Below are positions 63,072 to 64,000 of a stretch of 64,000 nucleotides of DNA, one piece after another. The notes beneath the pieces were generated by a model. That model did no database searches, was not told where the DNA came from, and worked only from the letters and a program-made list of their open reading frames with translations. The DNA is from Lama guanicoe (lineage: Eukaryota): positions 34,079,538 to 34,143,537 of the forward strand of contig MU054925.1 in the NCBI GenBank assembly GCA_013239625.1, written 5' to 3'. The position numbers and the translations under genes are program-made. Each line of letters begins with the position of its first letter. The first letter of the stretch is position 1.

Positions 63072-63548
63072 TGAGTTTAAGATAAACCGGAACCAGAACC
63101 AGAACCAGAACCAAGGCCCTTCCGGAACGTGGAGACGGGCACCTCATCCGTCAGCTGAGGCCAGGCCTGCTGGCCGACTGACCAGATGCGCGTCCCCACC
63201 CTCCCACCCCTCCGTTCTCGTCCGCCTCCACCAGGACAGGCTGGAAAGATGGAACAGTCACTTGGCCAGGCTCGCTCGCAGCTGGAGGTTCCCGTGTGAC
63301 GCTCTGGCCAATGAAACACTAGCAGAATTTTCTGGGAGTCTCGGGTACAGTTTTTATTGTCTTGACCAAAGGGGAGGCCGTCTGGCGCCTCGTGCCCTGC
63401 TCCTGGCGTGGGCCTGATACCTGGAGATGCGGTGGCCGCCTGTCCCCACGGGAGAGAGGCCAAGGGGACCCAGAGGCGAAGGCCCAGACCGGACGGGAAA
63501 CTGGAGGAACATCGCGGTCACCAACCCCTAGGCTTCTTGTCACAGACA
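63072..63548 (-). pseudogene. Candidate decayed coding exon of the same hypothetical gene
   Basis: Acceptor ctttcaacag| and donor CTCA|gtgagt; 477 nt, phase 1-1, one frame with two stops (...SPLVKTIKTVPETPRKFC*CFIGQSVTREPPAASEPGQVTVPSFQPVLVEADENGG...). Confidence 0.3.
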
Positions 63549-63793
63549 CTGTTGAAAGGTCTTATTTATTTATTACTACGGCTGAGTCATGTCTAAAAAA
63601 GGCACATACCTGATTTAAACCCAGTCAAGGACACCATGAGAAAGTTAAGTTACAGCCAACCTCAGCTAGAAACAGATGGAAATAATCTCAAATAAAATAT
63701 TAGCAAGTCAAAGCCAGCAGTGCATTAAACAGACGCCAAGTAGGGTTCAGCCAGGAATTCAAGGGTAACCAGACCAAAAAGTTACCAGTGTCA

Positions 63794-63880
63794 GGGTCGG
63801 GGGTACAGCTCGGTGGGCAAGCGTGGGCTGAGCCTGCACGGGGTCCTGGGTTCAACCCCCAGTGCCTCCATCAAGAAAAG
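63794..63880 (+). mobile_element. tRNA-derived SINE (camelid-like) with a perfect 17-bp TSD
   Basis: gggggtacagctcggtgggcaagcgtgggctgagcctgcacggggtcctgggttcaacccccagtgcctcca. TSD aaaagttaccagtgtca at 63777-63793 and 63881-63897. Confidence 0.9.
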
Positions 63881-64000
63881 AAAAGTTACCAGTGTCACTC
63901 TCGCCTCTACAGAAGCATCTGATGAGGCTCAAAGCTAACTGCCTGCAAACGTTGCTCGTGAACCAGGTGTCGCTGTCACCTTCTCTGACTGGACAGAATT

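Noticed and set aside
63794-63880. tRNA gene
   Set aside because: A-rich tail, TSD and degenerate stems indicate a SINE.

Overview
This is GC-rich mammalian genomic DNA, not prokaryotic. Four short tRNA-derived SINEs resemble the camelid type, so a camelid source is inferred but not proven. The window has three assembly gaps and dense, mostly old repeats: L1, L2, MIR, MaLR/ERVL LTRs, a decayed ERV1 provirus, a CCAAT-rich solo LTR and DNA-transposon fossils. Most ORFs in the six-frame track are GC-driven noise. The one well-supported protein-coding gene is an intact, spliced PRR20-family gene on the + strand. It has a CpG-rich CCAAT/GC/TATA promoter at ~41.9-42.1 kb, coding exons 42721-42769 and 42964-43532 (205 aa), and AATAAA at 44315. 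The ORF track gives it the wrong N-terminus. The most intriguing unexplained signal is a series of minus-strand, splice-site-bounded, protein-like segments from ~63.5 kb down to ~1.2 kb. Several carry stops or frameshifts. They may be the ruins of a large multi-exon gene (an unidentified unitary pseudogene) with PRR20 nested antisense in an intron; this is a hypothesis that needs alignment. Old repeats here also look strongly AT-to-GC shifted, as expected from GC-biased gene conversion. Repeat family names and comparisons with human PRR20 come from recalled consensus sequences, not from searches.
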